Assembly (NCBI GenBank): GCA_035221665.1
Contig: CM069151.1
Span: 33,976,001-34,040,000 of the forward strand
From: Okamejei kenojei
Lineage: Eukaryota
Reading direction: 5' to 3'
DNA: 64,000 nt
The stretch's first letter is position 1. Each line of letters begins with the position of its first letter. Below the pieces are notes generated by a model. That model was given only the letters and a program-made list of their open reading frames with translations. It was not told where the DNA came from and did not search any database. Below, one piece after another: positions 1 to 15,000 of the stretch. The translations under genes and the position numbers were made by a program.

Positions 1-36
1 TGGCACCACTTGAAGTGCTGGTCCTTGGGCCCACAG
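1..36 (+). CDS. FLNC: FLNC exon (partial; about human exon 25)
   Basis: [11 protein letters not shown], donor CAG|gtaaat at 37. Confidence 0.9.
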
Positions 37-3000
37 GTAAATCTTGGCTGGCCTTATGTTGGTGGTGTGAGGATAGGTGGAAAACGTAAAGCCTTGCTAA
101 TGCAGTTTGAGGGAGGAAGATGGGAGGAATTTTGTGGGAGGGGTATATGTGGCTGTGAGATGAGCTGAGTGGAGAGGGCAAGGTTCGCTGCTCTGAGAGG
201 GGTCATTTTATCTGGGAAAAGGTATGCTTGCTACGGGGACAGCATTGCACAATCGTGAAGGTGGTGGAAAGGAAGAGGGAATGGTGGGAAGAGAGGACGG
301 GTTCCAAGAGGAATTGGGAGAAGTGGAAATGGCTGTGGTTGTTGGGTGAACGTTGACTCTGTTCTATCCAGGTGTATCAGAGCCAACAAAAGTTATTGAT
401 AATGGAGATGGAACGCATACTGTTCACTACACCCCAACCACAGATGGTCCCTTCACTGTCTCTGTGAAATATGCAGACCAGGAGGTTCCACGCAGGTGAG
501 CAAGAGCTATAGCGTCTGACTGCATGTTACTGGAGAATCTAGAAAAAGTTAATGCCTAGATTTTGAAGGCATTATTGAAGGTCCCACTAAATTTTGAGAG
601 ACCAGATGATATAGATTTAAGGCAGACCCAAAGGAAAATCTGGTCTTTTTTTGTGTATCTCATTCTTTACCTTGCGGTTCCCTTGTTTTAATAACTCTGT
701 GATTCTTCACTATAGAGGGCACCAGGATAATTCTCGCGTGCCCCTACTAAGAATCTATATAAATCTTAATACCTGCATTTAATTCTCTCCCTTTAGAAAT
801 TAACTCCAGTGCTTCAATTAACTTCATGGTATTAATCAGGGTTGTTACTGTGCCCCCGATCCTTGCATGTTTGTGTGTGTCACTTTATCAAGCACTTTTT
901 TCCCCCCCAAATATTTATGTGCACATTATCTGCACTTTATCCTTGACAACCCTTTGCCAAGTTCCTGAAAAAAGTCACGCTGCCATTTGAATTAAAACCC
1001 ACTCTTCCAGGAACCAGTTAATTTTATTTTATTTTTGCAGTCCCTTCAAGATCAAGGTTCAGCCAACTCATGATGCCAGCAAGGTGCGAGCAAGTGGGCC
1101 AGGACTCAATGCCTCTGGAGTGCCAGCTAGTCTCCCGGTCGAGTTCACGATTGATGCCAGGGATGCTGGCGAAGGGCTGCTCACTGTCCAGATCATTGTA
1201 AGTCTGGACCATATCTCCTACACATCTTTATTAATATGCAGTACAACCAGGCCCAGACATTAATGATCTAAGATTGTTTTAAGGAGACATTGACTAATTT
1301 TCAACTCCACCAAATGATGTCCAAGTGACACTGCCTAGTTCCAAGCTGTGATCACATCTGAAAGGAGGTTCTGCATTCTTGGAACAGCTCCTTTGCGTTC
1401 CATTGTTGCGTGGCTGCATTGTTACTGATCTTTGACAAGGTTATGAAGTTCATTGGACAACTCGATACTTAAACAATAGTGCACCTTGTGCTTGCTGAAC
1501 AAATACTTGAGTGTTTATTTAACGGAAGTTTCAATCTATGATCTGTTTGTGCACTCCAAACGTTGTTTATGGTATCACAAGTGCTTGGGCCAAATATTTA
1601 TTTCAACCTATAAACCAGTTGCTCATATATAGAGATGAAGATCTTCTGCTGTAAGGAATGTTAGGATTGTTTGACTTGCTTTAAGCATTGCAGTGGCAAC
1701 TTTAGGTGGCTGAGGGCACTTGGCCATGTCCCATTAGCGTGCATGGGTGTAAATACAGGCAGTCTACGTGAAAGTTGCTGTGGCCCGTCCTGTGCTGTTT
1801 GATGTTAATAATATTGTTCCATTCAGGATCCTGAGGGCAAACCAAAGAAGGCAAACATCCGCGATAACGGAGATGGGACGTACACTGTGTTCTATGTCCC
1901 TGATATGACTGGACATTACACCATCACTATCAAGTATGGAGGCGATGAAATCCCCTATTCACCATATCGAATCCATGCCATTCCTACTGGAGATGCCAGC
2001 AAGTGTCTGGTAACAGGTACAGTCAATGGTTACGTCCATCCATGTGTCTAAACAAGAAGTTGAAATAAATAAACGCCCAACTTCCCCCAAGCCACTGGAG
2101 TCTACACTTCCTGGGTAGCAAATCTGATCATACACTCAGCTACATTGGAAATTGAGAAGGGAAGTGAAGTTGGATCCTTGGAAACCTGGGGTTTTGTAGT
2201 GAAGATGTGGCAGTCCTGGGAGTGTGATCTGGGCAATGGTGTTGTGTTGATTCCTTGGTTACTCATGTCCCAGGGATTCCCTTACCAACAGGAGCTGCAG
2301 TCATCCTGGATAATGAACCTTGAATACCATAGATCCCCAGGAATATATTTTGTTAAATCCCAAATGTTTGGCTACCAAACATTATAGTAGTGGTGGTACT
2401 GAGGTTTGTGGGCCCCAGCCATGGGGTAATGTTGGTGCTCTGGGTGAGAGCAGCTCTCGGGTCCCTGTGGTTTGTGAGTGCTAGTCTGTCCCAGCAGCTT
2501 CATAAACTGATGCTACATGAATACAGAGATTTATTTCAACCTCTCTTGCCTGTCTTGTGCTTCTTGCAAATGTCAATTAATCTGTGTTTTGAGTTTATGG
2601 GTGACAGGTTCTAACTGGCTACTCTTCCCCCACAGTGTCCATCGGTGGCCATGGACTAGGTGAGTGACCTCCTCCAAATTGCTCAGTTCTTCAGCCTCTT
2701 TGAACCAGGAAATTCCAAACCCCACCACCCACCTCCCCAGGGGCTCACTGCTCAGTGAGCTGGAACAAGAGCCCTGCAGTTCTCATCTAACCAGAGTTCA
2801 CAGAACATTGTAGCTGGATTCTGAACTCTGGCTGATTTTTGTTTCTTGTATCTCCCCTGCTAACCCCCCCCCCCCCCCCCCCCACCCCCACTTCACACAA
2901 ATGCTTCTTGTGACCCAAGTGGCCGCCTTGGTTGTGGTGACAAGACAAATGTAATTGAACTTAAAATATTTGTTTCTGTTTGACCTCCATCTACTGGCCC

Positions 3001-6000
3001 ACCTGCTGTCCTTCACCCACACCCTGTCCCCATCTCTCTCCTGTTCCAGCCCTTCAGTGAGTCGCTTCCAGTTTTATTTTATGCATTGTGTTGGGAGATG
3101 GAACTGCTCCTGGTGCCACTGTCTATCACAATCCGGACTGCAGAGTGTTCTAATGCTCCTTCCCGACTCTGTGTGTCCTGACTGCTGATGGAGTCCCACC
3201 CCACAAAAGTGCAGTGTCTGTAACTTTCATCATGTGTAAAACCTAGTCTGAATCGCACCACGCATTAACCATGACACCTAATCCATTTCCAGGGGCAGGA
3301 CTTGGTCCAACCATCCAGATTGGCGAGGAGACGGTCATAACAGTGGATGCCAAGGCAGCTGGCAAAGGGAAGGTTACATGCAAGGTGTCGACCCCTGATG
3401 GAGCTGAGCTGGATGTCGATGTCGTTGAGAATCATGATGGAACATTTGACATTTATTACACAGCACCAGAACCTGGCAAATACGTTATTACCATCCGCTT
3501 TGGTGGGGAACTTATACCCAACAGCCCGTTCCATGTGGTGGTAAGTAATGTCAACTAGTTAGCATCACTAGATCATGCTATTGCCATTCAACACCATAAT
3601 AATTAAATGGTAGACATATTTATGGTGGCATTTTTTACAGGACCCAGAAGTGCATTTGCCTATGTCTGCAAATACTTAATTCTTGAAGTTTGGAAAACCA
3701 TTAAATTAAAGTCCCATATATATTATAAGTACTGGCAACAAGTATAAAAGCAAGGATCTTGCACTAGACCTTTTTATAATGCAATGTTTGGGACCTAATT
3801 GTTCTGGGTGTCGATTCCAAATTTCAGGAAGGTTCTGTTTTAAACAAATACAATTAAGCATTTGCAGGCAGAGATGGAGGAACCAGGGATGAGGGACATC
3901 AGCTGTAAGAAGATATTAGATAAGCTGGGGCACTGTGCAGAGGAGGTTTGTGGAAAGTTTGGTAGATGTTTTCAAAACGTTCTAAATATAATTTGCAGCA
4001 GAAGTAAGCTTTAAAAACTGTTCCCAATGCAGGAAGCTTCAAAACCAGAGTATCATTAGGCAACGATTCCAAGGGGAGAAAGAAGAATTGTATTTCAGAG
4101 TTATTGTGGTGTACAATTTGCTTTACCAAGATTGGTGGAAGCAAATTCTGTAACCTTAAAAGGAATCGAACTGAGATGAGGGGAATGAAAGGGAAAGTTG
4201 CCAGGCTACAGGAAATGTCACAGACCTGGAATAAGTGAACAAGTCGAGTAATTCCTGCAACCATGTGCCAAACTATTTTATGTACTATCTTTCTTTAAAT
4301 TGTATGACCTTGTTTTAGAAGGATCATTATGTCTAAAATATTATCATGTCTGATCCAAAAAAGTTCCCTGTGGTGAAGATTTTGAATTCCTGGACGTCCA
4401 TCTAAAATGGGAATATTAGTGTCAGTTACATAGCATGCAATCATTGTATCTGTTTCGACCATTTCCTTTTTGAAGTTCATTCCATATACCCACCAATCTG
4501 GAAAACGTAGCCCCTTGGTGTCCCTACTCTCTAAGGTTAAAATAAGATAGGATACAGCCTATCCAGTATCTCATGATTCAAGCCCTCCAGTCCTGGTTAC
4601 ATCCCTGTGAATCTTTTTAGAATTCTTTCCAGCTTGATAACGTCCTTCCAATAGTTGGGTGACCAGAACTGCACATAATACTCCAAGTATGGTTCACCAA
4701 CATCTTGTACAGTTTCCCATCACTGAAGTTAGGCTCTCAGGCTTGTCCTCGTAGCCCTTCTGAAAGGCTCACTATTAGCCACCCTCTAGTTTTTAGAATG
4801 TAATTAATCAATTTATGGTGTAAATAAGTGAATCAAAGGTGGTTAGCAGTGTATGAGGGAAAATTTGGGATATAGGGGGAGAATGGGGAGGGGTTACAAT
4901 CTTGCTCTAAGTTTAATCTTCATTGTTCTAGGCTCTACCATCAGATGGAACAGTTTCTTGTAATCTAACCAACCAAATCCTTCAATCCATTTGCACATCT
5001 AATGATGAATAACACTTTAATCACCTATATTTGAGAGAATACTATCCGTGAAGCAGCTCCAAACCAATGAAAACACTTTCTTGGGTATCGTGTCCGGACT
5101 GATTTGGATTTGTTGCTCTGATCTGACAATCTCTCTGTTTAGTTCTAGAAACATAGAAAATAGGTGCAGGCGGAGGCCATTCGGCCCTTCGAACCAGCAC
5201 CGCCATTCATTGTGATCATGGCTGACCGTCCCCTATCAATAACCCAAAGCATGGGTTAATTGATGTAATATGCTGATGTAATATGGTAGTGTTAAAGTTC
5301 ATATGAGGTAGCAGGTGACTATTCTATCAACCTTTCGTGGTGACTTTTATCTGCAATGGCTTAGTGATTCTGCATCCACACAATATAAAAATCCCTGAAA
5401 TTCAATCAGAATATTAGTCTGTGAAGCCTTGTTTCCAATAACTGGACTATTTAGAATGTCGATTTTAAAAAAAAATCAAAGAACTGGAGGAACATGGGGA
5501 GAAGATCTAACGTGTGGAGAACAAGTCATTTGTGATGTATGGCTTCTGTCCTGACCCATATCCCTCTGTGCCTCCATGTTTGAGTCCAGTTAAATGGATG
5601 TTCACATCATTTTCCCCATCCCCAACTCTGGTCAGAACGTCCCAGACCATTACAAACTAATGTCACCTGGATATCACAATGGAAAGAGGTGTTCAGAGGA
5701 ATACTGGCTTATGGGAGTGCAGTTACCGTCCCCAAACCAGCTCCATTCGCTTGTTGCAATGTCACTGTGCTTCTCCCTTGCCTGTTTTAAAACTTTTCAG
5801 ATGCAAGTTTTGGGAGTTGTGTGTTGGACCTGTTTAACTTTTAGCTTGCTCCAATCATAGGCCTGTGATGCCATCCCCATCATTGAGGAACCCTGCGATA
5901 CCCTGCAGCTACACCAGCCCTATGTGCCTTGCCGTGCTGGCTATCCACCACACTGGGTATAAGATTTAACCACCAACTACTCTCTTCAAGCAGGACTTCC

Positions 6001-9000
6001 ATTCTCTCCTTCCTTCTCCTCAACCTATTTTTCAGTTTTCCATGATGCCATCTCTAATCTTTTAATCCTTCTGTCCTGTTTTTGGTCATTTTGTCATGTT
6101 ATTGCATTCAGCTTGTTCTCGTGCTCATAGTCTGTCATTCTTCAATCCCTCGCTGATTCTTGAATCTACTGGTCTTTAACCACAGACTGGATAGAGTCCT
6201 GTCTTGTCTCTTCTGTATGCATCAATGCTTCTTTTGGATATTTTGGTAGCTGGTTCTCTTCCAACTATTACAAAGATCATAGTAGAATAAATTAAGCTCC
6301 TGGTAAATCTCTACATGATTTTTGGACATTGTGACCAAAAGGAAAATTATCTTGGTCATGTTGCTGATGGAGTTTCCATACTTGGCTGGCTGCATGTGAT
6401 CAGGACGCACGGCTGAAATAATTTAATAAACATAAATCTACCACCATTGTATGAAATAAAGAGATGATGCCTTTCTGCACCTGGGATTAATTTGATCCAG
6501 ATGGACTTGGAGGCCCCTCCATCAGCTCTTTAAATCTGCCACAGATATCTGCCCTTTTTTCTCTGGGGTAGTTTAAAAGTCAATGTACAGATTTACCAAG
6601 GTTCAGTTTGTTCTGTTCAGTGTTGTTTTGTTTGGCCATTTGTAGTGATTAATAGATTTATAATCACAAGAATCTGTTTACATTCCCCAAACGAGCACTG
6701 AAATGGCTAGTCGGCTCTGGAGCCTCTAGTTGATCCCCAGAAACTCGGAGCAGAGATGGGACATTAAATAAAGGACCACAAATGTTAAATCCCTGTCTCT
6801 GTCCCATGGCTGCTTTCCTCCTTGCTTTATGTTTTAGGTGGGGAGAAGTGTATTTCGAGGTTGGATGACAAGTCACATGACCAGAGCTTAAGTAAAAAGG
6901 GATGAGTGAATCCAGTCACCTCATGGGTGTTCCTGTGTTGAGTGGCAATCAGGTGATCAATGGGTAGGAATAGTGGCCAGAAATTCAACCAATCCAGTAA
7001 CTTGTAACGGGGGTCCTGTCCGGCATTGTCCATTTGCTGTGCTTAAAGCTGGTCATCTGCAGAACTTTAGTTCTCCAATGACAGGAATGTTACCTGATCC
7101 CAGTGCATGTTGCTGCCTTTAGTCGCACTACTCCTCCTGATCTAGCCCTATTTGCAGCTCACTCGATTATTCTTGCATAGACCCTTGCTCTGCTGAACTG
7201 GCCCAGAGTTAATCCAGATACTTAATGAAATGGCCTGATAATAGCCTGTTGCAAACCTTCTAGTTTGCTCTTTATTCTTCTTGCTCTCTTGCTGGTCTTT
7301 AAGCTCTAGCTATGGTTTTGGTCATTTCGCAGGCCACGGAGGAGTCTGTTGTCCCGGTTGATGTCATGGAACATGGTCTCCGGCCATTCAACCTGGTCAT
7401 TCCCTTCACTGTGCAGAAAGGAGAAATCACAGGTAAGTTTTAAAATCTTCTGTGAAGTATTCTTCGCACTGGCACTGTGTTGCAGCACAATAGTCTTGCT
7501 TCTTGTTCTGAAATATTCTCGTGTCCCAGGCGAAGTCCGGATGCCATCTGGTAAATCTGGCCGTCCAAACATTACTGACAACAAGGATGGGACTGTCACG
7601 GTGAAATATGCTCCGATCGAGAAGGGTCTGCATGAGATGGACATCAAGTATGATGGGAATCACATCCCAGGTATGTGGTTGGACCTTGTTGCCTGACCTA
7701 TCACCATATTAACACAGGACCTGTGGGCTTCTTGCTGCCTCCAATTGATGCTGTTCCTTCCAGGGTGACAGTAGACTTGTCTTCTTGTTATGTTGGGAAT
7801 GGTTATGTGAAGTGGAATCACATTAGTGTGGCATCCTTGAGTCTGCCATGCCCTGACTGGTGACCAGTACTCCATTCTGATTGATCTTTTACTGAATTCT
7901 GATGACGGGGTGTGGAGGCCCCGGTGCCTATTGATCCCGGTGCCAATATCCAGGATTTGGAAAGACCCATGTACATTCCAACACACCAAGAGAAGACCCC
8001 ACTAGGAAACAATGTACTGAGGGAGGTACTAATACAAACATCAAATTGATTAGGTGACTTGTATCAACTGCAGCATCCAAAGGGAAGAATGACCTTTACT
8101 GATCCCTTTATTTATTCTGTTTTAGGTAGCCCGTTGCAGTTCTATGTGGATGCCATTAACAGTGGTCATGTAACTGCTTTTGGACCTGGTTTGAGCCATG
8201 GGATGGTGAACAAACCAGCAACATTTACCATTGTCACCAAGGATGCAGGAGAAGGTATGTGTGAATCCCTGAAGTTGGCAATGGGTATTTATTGCACTAC
8301 CCTTGCATTGAGTGTGTGAAGCCTGCAATGGGAGAAAAGATCTGAAGGATTGGGAGAAAGCAAGGAAGAAATGTTCAATTTAAAAACCATGCTGGAAAAA
8401 CTCAGGAAGTCAGGCAGCATTTGCAGAAAAACATAACGGTTCACATTTCTGGTCCGAAATCCTTCATAAGAAAACTGTAGGATCTGGGCTGGGGTGAAAA
8501 AATATTTGACTAGGAAAATTATGCAAAGAATTGGTAAGAAACAACTGTAGATGCTGGTTTACACCGAAGATAGACACAATGCTAGAGTACCTCACCATCT
8601 GAGGAAGAGTCTCGACCAGAAATATCATCCATTCCTTCTCTCCAGAGATGCTAGTCCCGCTAAGTTACTCCAGCATTTTGTCTATTGTCCTTGCAGAGTA
8701 CTGGATTGTAGATTGCTGAAAGGGAAATACTGGGAAGATGTATGTGGACAGAAGGTGACTTGCTAAATGAGAAGGATAATGGAATGAGAATTGGGTGAGG
8801 GAAGTGATCGTAAGTGTGGGAGTCGTGTTTTATTACCAGTTGTACAACAAATAGCTAAAAACATAGTCTTTCTCTCTCACTAGGTGGCCTGTCCCTTGCC
8901 GTGGAAGGTCCCTCTAAAGCTGAAATCACATGCAAAGCCAACAAGGATGGGACCTGTACGGTGTCCTACCTACCCACTGCCCCTGGAGATTACAACATTA

Positions 9001-12000
9001 TTGTTCGATTTGATGACAAACACATTGCAGGGAGTCCCTTCACTGCCAAGATCACTGGTAACTTAGCATTCTTGTGGTTATAAGCCTTAAATATTTTATT
9101 TAAATTTTAAAGCATTCAACATGATATCTTGTGACTGAGGAATGTATTTTTGTAGAGACATAATCCATAGTTTTGTGGGGTTTAGTAGATACTGGGTCAT
9201 TGTAACTTGGGATCATGCTAGATTCTTTTAATCAGAATTCACAGCCAGTGCACCAGATACAGAAAAAAAGAGTTTGTTCCAGTGTGGATTAGTTGGTGCT
9301 AATAAGGTGAATAATGCTCGTATTGATATCATTGGCAGGAAGAGCAAGCACTGGGAGTTTTTGTTTGAGTTTGGTGTTGGGTCTCTGTTCAGCAATCTCT
9401 GATTGCCATAGTTAACACAGACTTGCTGACATCAACTCGTATACTTGAGTTTGAGTTTAGTTTATTGTCACATGTACCGAGGTACAATGAAAAGCTTTTG
9501 ATGTGTGCTAACCAGTCAGCGAAAAGACAATACATGACTACAATTGAGATATCCACAGTGTACAGATACATGATAAAGGGAATAATGTGAATAACGTTTA
9601 CTGCAAGGTAAAGACCGATCAAATATAGTCTGAGGTAGATAGTAGTTCAGGACTGCTCTCTAGTTGTGGTAGGATGGTTCACTTCCTGAACCTGGGAAGA
9701 TGTCCCTGAATCTGAAAGTGTGCGTTTCCATACTTCTATACCATTTTGCCCGATGAGAGAGGGGAGAAGAGGGAGTGGCCGGGGTATGACTTGGCCTTAA
9801 ATATGCTGCTGGTCTTGCCGAGGCAGAATGAAGTATAAATGGAGTCAATGGAAGGGAGGTTGGTTTGTGTGATAGTCTGGGCTGCGTCCACAATTCTCTA
9901 CAACTTCTGTTGGTCTTGGACGGAGCTATTCCCAAACAATGCAGTGATGCATCCCGATTAAAATGCTGTCTATGACGAATCTGTAGAAGTTGGTGAGAGT
10001 TGTTCCAGACATGCTGAACCTCTTAAGCCTTCTAAGGAAGTTGGAGGTGTTTCAGCAGATCCACTGTGGTCCATGTTGTGAGAGAGTGAATGAAAGGAGT
10101 GATCTGTATCTATTCTGTGTTGTATTTTTTCACCTTACCAATTGGGATGGTCCAATAACCTCTAAGTCTGTGATACAAAGGGGTTTATAATCCATTTGTT
10201 ACCTGTGCCAATGCTGGTTGAACAGTATTGGAATAGACCATTGAAGGCCCCGCTCTTTCATATTCTACTTTTAGAACTCCAGCCAGTCCAACAATCATCT
10301 GGGTTGGAGGAGAGGTAATTGCAAGGGTACTGGGAATGATGGCCATCATTGAGAACCAAACATGTTGATGAAAGCATTTTGTTTAGGTGATGACTCAATG
10401 AGAACCTCGCAACTCAACGTTGGCACATCGACTGAAGTCTCATTGAAGATTACAGAGACAGATCTCAGCGTACTCAATGCCAGCATCAAAGGCCCGTCGG
10501 GTAATGAGGAGCCCTGCTTACTGAAGAGGCTGCCCAACAGGCACATTGGTAAGACGCAGATGCGAATGGTGATTACAGCTAGAAGCTAACTTGGCAAGTG
10601 GGTATATTGATTAGACACTGCCGTTTGTTAGACATTTATTAAAGGGAGATTTAGTTGTTTTTACTTTTATTAACCTGTAAACCATTTGAGAAAATGTGGA
10701 TTCCATTTTTGGGTGGATGCAGTAGACTGAGGCATGATCTTGTCGAGGTGCATAACATCATGATGGGAATAGGTAGGGTTAATGCACAGTCTTTTACCCA
10801 GAGGAGGGGTTTCAAGAACCAGAGGACACGGGTTTAAGGTGAGAGGGGAAAGATTTAATAGGGAGTTTTTGTACTCGGAATGGTGGGTACAAGGAATAAG
10901 TTTCCATAGGTGGTAGTTGAGGCAGGTACTATAAACAACATTTAAAAGACTCTTAGACAAATATGTATAGGAACGTTTTAGAAGAATATGGGTCAAATGC
11001 AGGCACAGCTTAGATGGGGTACCTTGGTAGGCATGGACATGTTGGGCCGAAGGGCCTGTTTCTGTGCTATATAACTATATCCAAGAGTATATTTTGGAGA
11101 TTCAGCATGATATATTGACCCTGAAGACAACTAAAACCAAGCTTATGTCCTACAAGTGTAAAAGGTTTCAGAACGGTCTGAACTGAAGTATTTGATATAT
11201 TCAATTTATCTGACTGTCCCAGAGCTGTGTCTAGGAGGAATGATATGAGGGAGCATTTTTGCATTCAGTGGCATTTGGAATCTTCCACAAAAGATTCACT
11301 GCTAGAATTTCGTAAACAATTTAAGTCTTGAGATAAACATGGATTTTTGTTGGATAATGGTTTCAAGACTATGAAGGAGCACAAGGCCAGTCTTGGCTCA
11401 ATAAGTGGTATAGTAAGCTTGAAAGTGAATGATCTGCTCTGATTCCTAAAAAAAAAAATCAGAATCTGATAATTCTCTCAAATTCAACATTGGTGAGAAA
11501 CAATGTGATTGAAGACTTTTAGGCAGAATAAATAAAAATAGATCCTTTCCAGCTAGAGAAGATCAATTCTAGACTAAGCATAAGATTTGGATTGTGTAAG
11601 AAAAGGTTGCGAGGGTGTAAAATTAAATGTGATAGTTAATTGTCATGCACACAAATAGAATTAAATTCCTTGTTCACGTGAATCTCACTAAACAGTATTC
11701 TTGCAATAATGAATTATAAAAGTAAATACAATGACTAGGGAAAAGCAGTGCAACTGTGCAAGATTGTAGTGCAAAAGAATGAGCAGTAGGGAAGAAGTCT
11801 GCAATTGGGGAGGGGGATTATCCCATGGTGGTGGGAGATGAATTTTTCTGGATAGGGGATGGTGATAAATCGGAGACTGTCCAGTGAGTTGGTTAGTCTT
11901 TGAGAAACTTATTGTGTTTCTGGCTGTAACCGATCAGATGTTCTGTCCATTGTTATTTCTTGCCTCGTTCAATTACTGAACAACTTCATCCCCATTTCCC

Positions 12001-15000
12001 TTCCGTTCAACAGGTATTTCATTCACCCCAAAGGAAGTGGGAGAACATGTGGTGAGTGTGAAGAAAAATAACCGTCATGTTACAAACAGCCCTTTCAAGA
12101 TCATGGTGGGGGCCTCCGAGATTGGCGATGCCTCCAAGGTGAAAGTTTCTGGGAAAGGACTGGTGGAGGGTCGAACATTTGAGGTGTCGGAGTTCATCGT
12201 GGACACAAGGGGTGCAGGTAAGGGCCAGATCCTTTGAGGACCATTTTACGACTCAGGAGATGCCTTGTTTCAATTGGCAACTGAATTGGGAAATTCTCCT
12301 GTGTGTGGACTGTCACTGGAGGCAAACTTGCTCAGGCCACGAGTGAAAATTGCAACCAATCTCCAAACCGGAGGTGATTTATGTAGAAGTTTGGGATGAA
12401 TAACTAAATAACCAAATGGGTATTGGAGGACATTTGTAAATTTAAAGATCAATAAAAGAGGGCAGGCAATCCTTTGGTATTGATGTACTGTTTTGCACCC
12501 ATCTCCCAGGTTATGGAGGACTTGGTCTGTCCATTGAAGGTCCCAGCAAAGTTGACATAAATTGTGAGGATCAGGAGGATGGAACATGCAAAGTGACTTA
12601 CTGCCCAACTGAGCCAGGCAACTACATTATCAATATTAAATTTGCTGATTGTCATGTGCCAGGTAAGTAACTACAAAGTGAAAGCTCCTTCATGTTGCAA
12701 AAGCATGGCAATATGATTTGAATAACATTTAGATTTCAACAGAAACTTCCACTATGAGTCACTGATATGATTTGCATCCAGCAGGTTACTCAGTAACTGC
12801 CGGACTTGGTATTTAACTTACTACAAATTATCATATGGCATTTATTGCAGGAAGTCCTTTTACAGTGAAGATGACTGGTGAAGGGAGAATTAAGGAGAGT
12901 ATCACAAGAAGGCGCCAAGCACCCTCCATAGCAACTGTGGGCAGCACATGTGACCTGAATCTGAAGATTCCAGGTACGTACAACTGAGTCGAGGAGAAGT
13001 GCAATTTCTTTTGTATTAGAATAGATGTTGGCTGCCCTTATTCTGATCAATTTCCTCTATTTGTGTCAATTATTATCTTCAAATGGATACTGTTCTTCAT
13101 CAAATAGTAACATTGCAGTTGATCAGAGGTGAAAGTGGAACTATTGTTTTTAATGCCTTTCTCCTAATTTTGAGACTGACCTGGAACTTTTGAGTTTTAC
13201 TTTAAGAATAAAGCATTAATCTTATGGAGATTGTCATTTGCCTCTAAATATGCAGAAATCCTGAATTTCCCCACACCTGCCTGGGAATTTCCTGATTACA
13301 CCTGATGTTGGCTTTTCATGGACATCATTCACTTGGGCAGTTCTTAACACTTCATGGAGATCTGCCTAGTATTTCTGAACAAAAATATCCCAAATAAAGT
13401 GAACACATTCATTTGAATGGAGAAAAATGTCTAAGAGCGAAGAGGCTCCTGCGTCAGGGCGATTGAAACTCTCCTGTTGGGGCGGTTGAAGCTCCTGCGG
13501 CTTGGAGTTCCCAAAGTCGGTCTCTAACTAGAGACCGCAAGGTTAAAGTCCCACAGTCCCTGCGGTAGAGCTCTCAACGTCGGTCTCCAGCAAAGGCCGC
13601 CAACTCCCCGATGTTAGGCTGCAGTGGAAACGATACAGAAAAAAATCGCATCCACGATATGGAAAAAAAATCACATCGCGATCGAGCTAAGAGATTAGAA
13701 AGTTTCCCCCAACTCTTCTCTTCCCCCCCCCCCCCCCCCCCACATAAAACAAGCTAAAGAACACTCATAACATCCATTTAACACACAAACAATAATGAAG
13801 GGACAGACAGACTGTGGCGTGGCACCAGCCGGTGATCTCGGATTTGCAGTAGTTCCATTTTCCTACCTCTACTCTAAAACTCTCCTAATCCATTGTACAT
13901 TAAAAAAATCTCTAGCTTCACCTGAATCTATGTTGTTATTCAGTCTTTGAGGCTGTGTAGGTTAGAGAATGTTGAAGGTTCATTATCTCGAAGATAAGCG
14001 TTTCTCTTGTTTTGACTTCAGTGGATGATTCCTTCTCAGTTTATATCCCCAATTATTATTTCAACCACAAATGGCATGTGATTTATCAAGCCTCTTCCGA
14101 CTTTTTCAACAATATAGTTTTTAACTCCAATAGGTTGAATCTGCTTAACTTTTCTCATTAGTCAACCATTTCATCTCACGGGAGGGAATTAATATGCCTG
14201 TTTTAAAAAATAAAATAAAAACTATTCAGACTGGTACATATTTTGCTATTCCTTCACATGATGTTATTATTGTCTTGTTCTGACTGTTTCACTATTTGTA
14301 TTAACAATCCAATATTTCTGGTTGATGATCAGTATGTACTTTCAACCATTCAACCCATGTTGATTTGAAGATCTAATTGGGAGTTCACAAGGGAGTGGCC
14401 ACTATTTTTGGTTGCATCACTGACTCTCATCCAGTGACACAGCTGTGGCTCGTTATGATGAATTATTGAATAATGGGGATAAGGTCCATAATGGAAAGAA
14501 CTGATTGAGCCTGATTGTACACAGCTCCACTGGGTTAAACCAATATTTGGAATTTTTATAGTATCTTTTGAAAGGTGCTTTAGAATTTTTTAAGTGCAGA
14601 AGTATGCCACTTAGCCTCTCAAGCTGGGTCTGCCATTGTATGAGGGACTAGGCTAATTGTATTCACAACTCTGCAATCTTACCTACTGCTGGTATGTGTT
14701 CATCCTTTACTTAATCGGGTATCTATCCACAGCTGCCTCAAATATTCAAAAGCTATGCTTCATGACCTCTTCTGAGGAAGAGGTTCAAAAGTTATGACCT
14801 TCAGAACACATTCTCTCATCAGTCTTAATTGGGCAACCCTTCTTTTAAAATGGTGATTGCTAGATCTAGATTCTCCCACAATAAATATTTTCTCCATGTT
14901 TCATCTATTCAAAATCTCCCAGGAGCATGCACGTTTCAACTACAATGCCTTTAACTCGAGCGGATACAAGTCTGTTGAGGAAAATGAGATAATGGAGTAA

